NCBI GenBank assembly: GCA_965248755.1
Contig: OZ252149.1
Coordinates: 4,064,001 to 4,128,000 of the forward strand
Direction of reading: 5' to 3'
Source: Candidatus Latescibacterota bacterium
GTDB taxonomy: Bacteria > Latescibacterota > CBDEFO01
DNA: 64,000 nucleotides
Made by a program: the position numbers and the translations under genes. The notes beneath the pieces were generated by a model. The model worked only from the letters and a program-made list of their open reading frames with translations, was not told the origin of the DNA and made no database searches. Positions 61,946-64,000 of the stretch are shown here, in pieces (position 1 is the stretch's first letter; every line of letters begins with the position of its first letter).

Positions 61946-64000
61946 CTACTCCGCCAATAGCTCTTCCACATTTTGTTGGAAAATGAGCTTGTCCGATGGC
62001 ACACCTACATAGGCATAGCGCACGACCCCCTTTTTATCGATCACGAAGGTCGTCGGGATAGCCGAGATGTCTCCGTAGTCCTCTCGCACCTTCTTGTCCG
62101 CCATCAGGAGGGGATAGTTGATCTTGTTCTCGGTCGCAAAGGACCGCACCACATAAGGGTCTTTGTCGGTAGAGATACCGATCATCGTGAATGCCTCGGA
62201 GGCATATTGGGACTGGAGGGCGATGAAGCCAGGTATCTCCGCCCGGCAGGGTCCACACCAGGTAGCCCAGAAGTTCACGATCATCACTTTGCCTTCGAAA
62301 TCAGCCAGTTTTACCTCATTGTCGTCTGTGTCCTTCAGCACAAAATCAGGCGCCGGCTTGCCGACAAAGTCCGACTTGTCTCTACTGGGCATACCTCTGC
62401 TGGGTCCACCCGGACGCCCAAACTGTTCGACGAGCTTTGCCTCCTCAGGCGGAGTGAAGGTGAAAGTTTCCTCGGAGAATACAGGATCAATCTCTACAGC
62501 GGTATGGCGCTCCTTGAAGCCGATCTTCATCACTTCCATCCAAGACCACCTCTCCTTCGGCGTTCCCTCGGTCATCTGTCCAATATCCATCTTGAAGGCA
62601 ACCTGTCGGATCATGAAGTCCTTCTCCCCAATCCACAGCTGAACTTTGATTGGTTTATCCATTCCTGGGCCAGCGTTCTTCTGGTAGCTCCACAACATGC
62701 CGGTCCGAAGCAACCGAGGTGGTTTCGTCAGCTCGACGATGGTTGTGGGAATGCTAGCTAATTCTTCGTGTCCTACCTTCTCGACCTCCTCTACACCCTC
62801 CATCAGGGCTCTGAGTGGGTCATCGCTCATTATTATCTTCTGTACGAATATACTTCTAGTCTGTTCTGCCATAGTCAGGTCATCAGCCGTTAGCTTCTCC
62901 GGGGCATTCTTCTGCGTGTACTGATTCCACATTCGCTGGTAAGTCACCAGCATTTTCCCATCGCTAACTACCGCTATATCTCTCATCGGCATGCCTTTGA
63001 TTTCAAGTCGGATGTGGTTGGGACGCTGGAAGGAGAACGGCATCCGTGTAATCCTGCGCATGTCCATCCAAGGCTGCACAGTTTGTATCTCCAAGGTAGT
63101 CGTGTCTTGGTAGCTGAGGAGTGACTGGTACGCGGCCATAGATCGCTCCAGAATCTTGGGCAGCTTGATCGGAGTCACTTCAAAATCGGCATTAGTCTGC
63201 TGCCCCGGACGTACAGTGAGCCCTGCCACCTCCGAAGGCTCCATGCCCTGTCCGCCACGCACCCTCAAGGTGTACTCCCCGGGCATCAACATTATATGGT
63301 ACTGTCCTTCTGCGTCGGTATGGGCACTCCCCGCCGGCTGATCTCCTCGGTAGGCTTCGATCACCAATCCGGCATAGGGCTCCTCCTCCTTAGTAACCGT
63401 GCCTGCGATAGAGCTCAGATCGCCGTCAATTGGTAGCAGAACGAAGTCAGCAGCAAGATCAACGTTGCGCCAGACTTCGTGCATGGGGGGAAAATCATAC
63501 GACCCCTCGTAGGCCTCAGAGGTATCGTAATCCTTGAACAGAAACCCGACGTGTATAATCTTCCCTTCCTCTAGATCTACTATTGTGCTCGAATCAGGAC
63601 CGCCAGGACTCAGGAACTCCCATGGGGTTACCATAAACTCATAAGTATAAGTACCATGTCCTCCTGTTTCGCCTGTGCGTGTCCAGCCTGTCTTTAGATA
63701 ATCAGGAGCAAGGTCCCCTGTCCCGTCCGTCAGCCACCAGAAGGTGCCATCGTCCAGAAAGTACATAAAGCTGTAATAACCGTCTATAGGTGGTACAAGC
63801 ATGGTGTAGAGCTGGCCAGTCGTATAGAACAACTGCTCTTGCTCTTTTCGAGGTAAGTATCTCCAGTCATTCTCATGAGGTAAGTATTTCCAGTGATTCT
63901 CATCAGGTAAGTATTTCCAGTCATTCTTGAAGAGCTCTCCGCCGCTGTGGTCAGCATCGAGCACGAAGTTAATGTCGTCGTCCCAGTTATAATCTGAGGC
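61946..64000 (-). CDS. Multidomain protein (partial): probable sugar-binding domain, carboxypeptidase-regulatory-like, LolA/DUF2092-like and C-terminal TlpA redoxin domains
   Basis: NFWATWCGPC and IPTTFVID; frame open to the window end; N-terminal domain calls are tentative. Confidence 0.8.
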   Translation of the reverse strand, partial: ASDYNWDDDINFVLDADHSGGELFKNDWKYLPDENHWKYLPHENDWRYLPRKEQEQLFYTTGQLYTMLVPPIDGYYSFMYFLDDGTFWWLTDGTGDLAPDYLKTGWTRTGETGGHGTYTYEFMVTPWEFLSPGGPDSSTIVDLEEGKIIHVGFLFKDYDTSEAYEGSYDFPPMHEVWRNVDLAADFVLLPIDGDLSSIAGTVTKEEEPYAGLVIEAYRGDQPAGSAHTDAEGQYHIMLMPGEYTLRVRGGQGMEPSEVAGLTVRPGQQTNADFEVTPIKLPKILERSMAAYQSLLSYQDTTTLEIQTVQPWMDMRRITRMPFSFQRPNHIRLEIKGMPMRDIAVVSDGKMLVTYQRMWNQYTQKNAPEKLTADDLTMAEQTRSIFVQKIIMSDDPLRALMEGVEEVEKVGHEELASIPTTIVELTKPPRLLRTGMLWSYQKNAGPGMDKPIKVQLWIGEKDFMIRQVAFKMDIGQMTEGTPKERWSWMEVMKIGFKERHTAVEIDPVFSEETFTFTPPEEAKLVEQFGRPGGPSRGMPSRDKSDFVGKPAPDFVLKDTDDNEVKLADFEGKVMIVNFWATWCGPCRAEIPGFIALQSQYASEAFTMIGISTDKDPYVVRSFATENKINYPLLMADKKVREDYGDISAIPTTFVIDKKGVVRYAYVGVPSDKLIFQQNVEELLAE

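Overview
Bacterial chromosomal window in three parts. (1) About 1-25.4 kb is an AT-richer accessory region. It holds an IS-disrupted Gabija GajB-like UvrD helicase gene and a + strand cell-surface glycosylation cluster: UDP-sulfoquinovose synthase, GT2 enzymes, several GT-C-type membrane glycosyltransferases, an AglB/STT3-like protein and two Thr-motif sulfatase-fold paralogues. Several of these genes are frameshifted, truncated or IS-split. (2) About 25.7-29.6 kb holds tRNA-Gln, gltX, two tRNA-Ser and dcd. (3) About 29.7-64 kb is mostly - strand core genes. One continuous respiratory run reads nuoA-CD-E-F-[HAD]-H-J-K-L-[pseudogene]-M-[antiporter]-N-atpZ-I-B-E-F-H-A-G-[HEPN]-D-C and lacks nuoB, nuoG and nuoI. 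It is followed by catabolic genes, an LRR lipoprotein, mog/moaC, mazG and a TlpA-domain protein. Six copies or fragments of one 1266-bp IS3-family element occur, with asymmetric CATAC...GTACA ends and 4-bp target duplications. The most unusual signals are: a ~21-bp palindrome (CCCCGATTGAATCTATCGGGG) that behaves like an insertable micro-element (present in one IS copy but absent from its sisters, nested inside itself and inside two other repeat families); a layered three-family intergenic repeat architecture; and a NuoJ with an inserted secretin-N/STN-like domain. Family assignments come from motif recognition by eye; no database searches were run.
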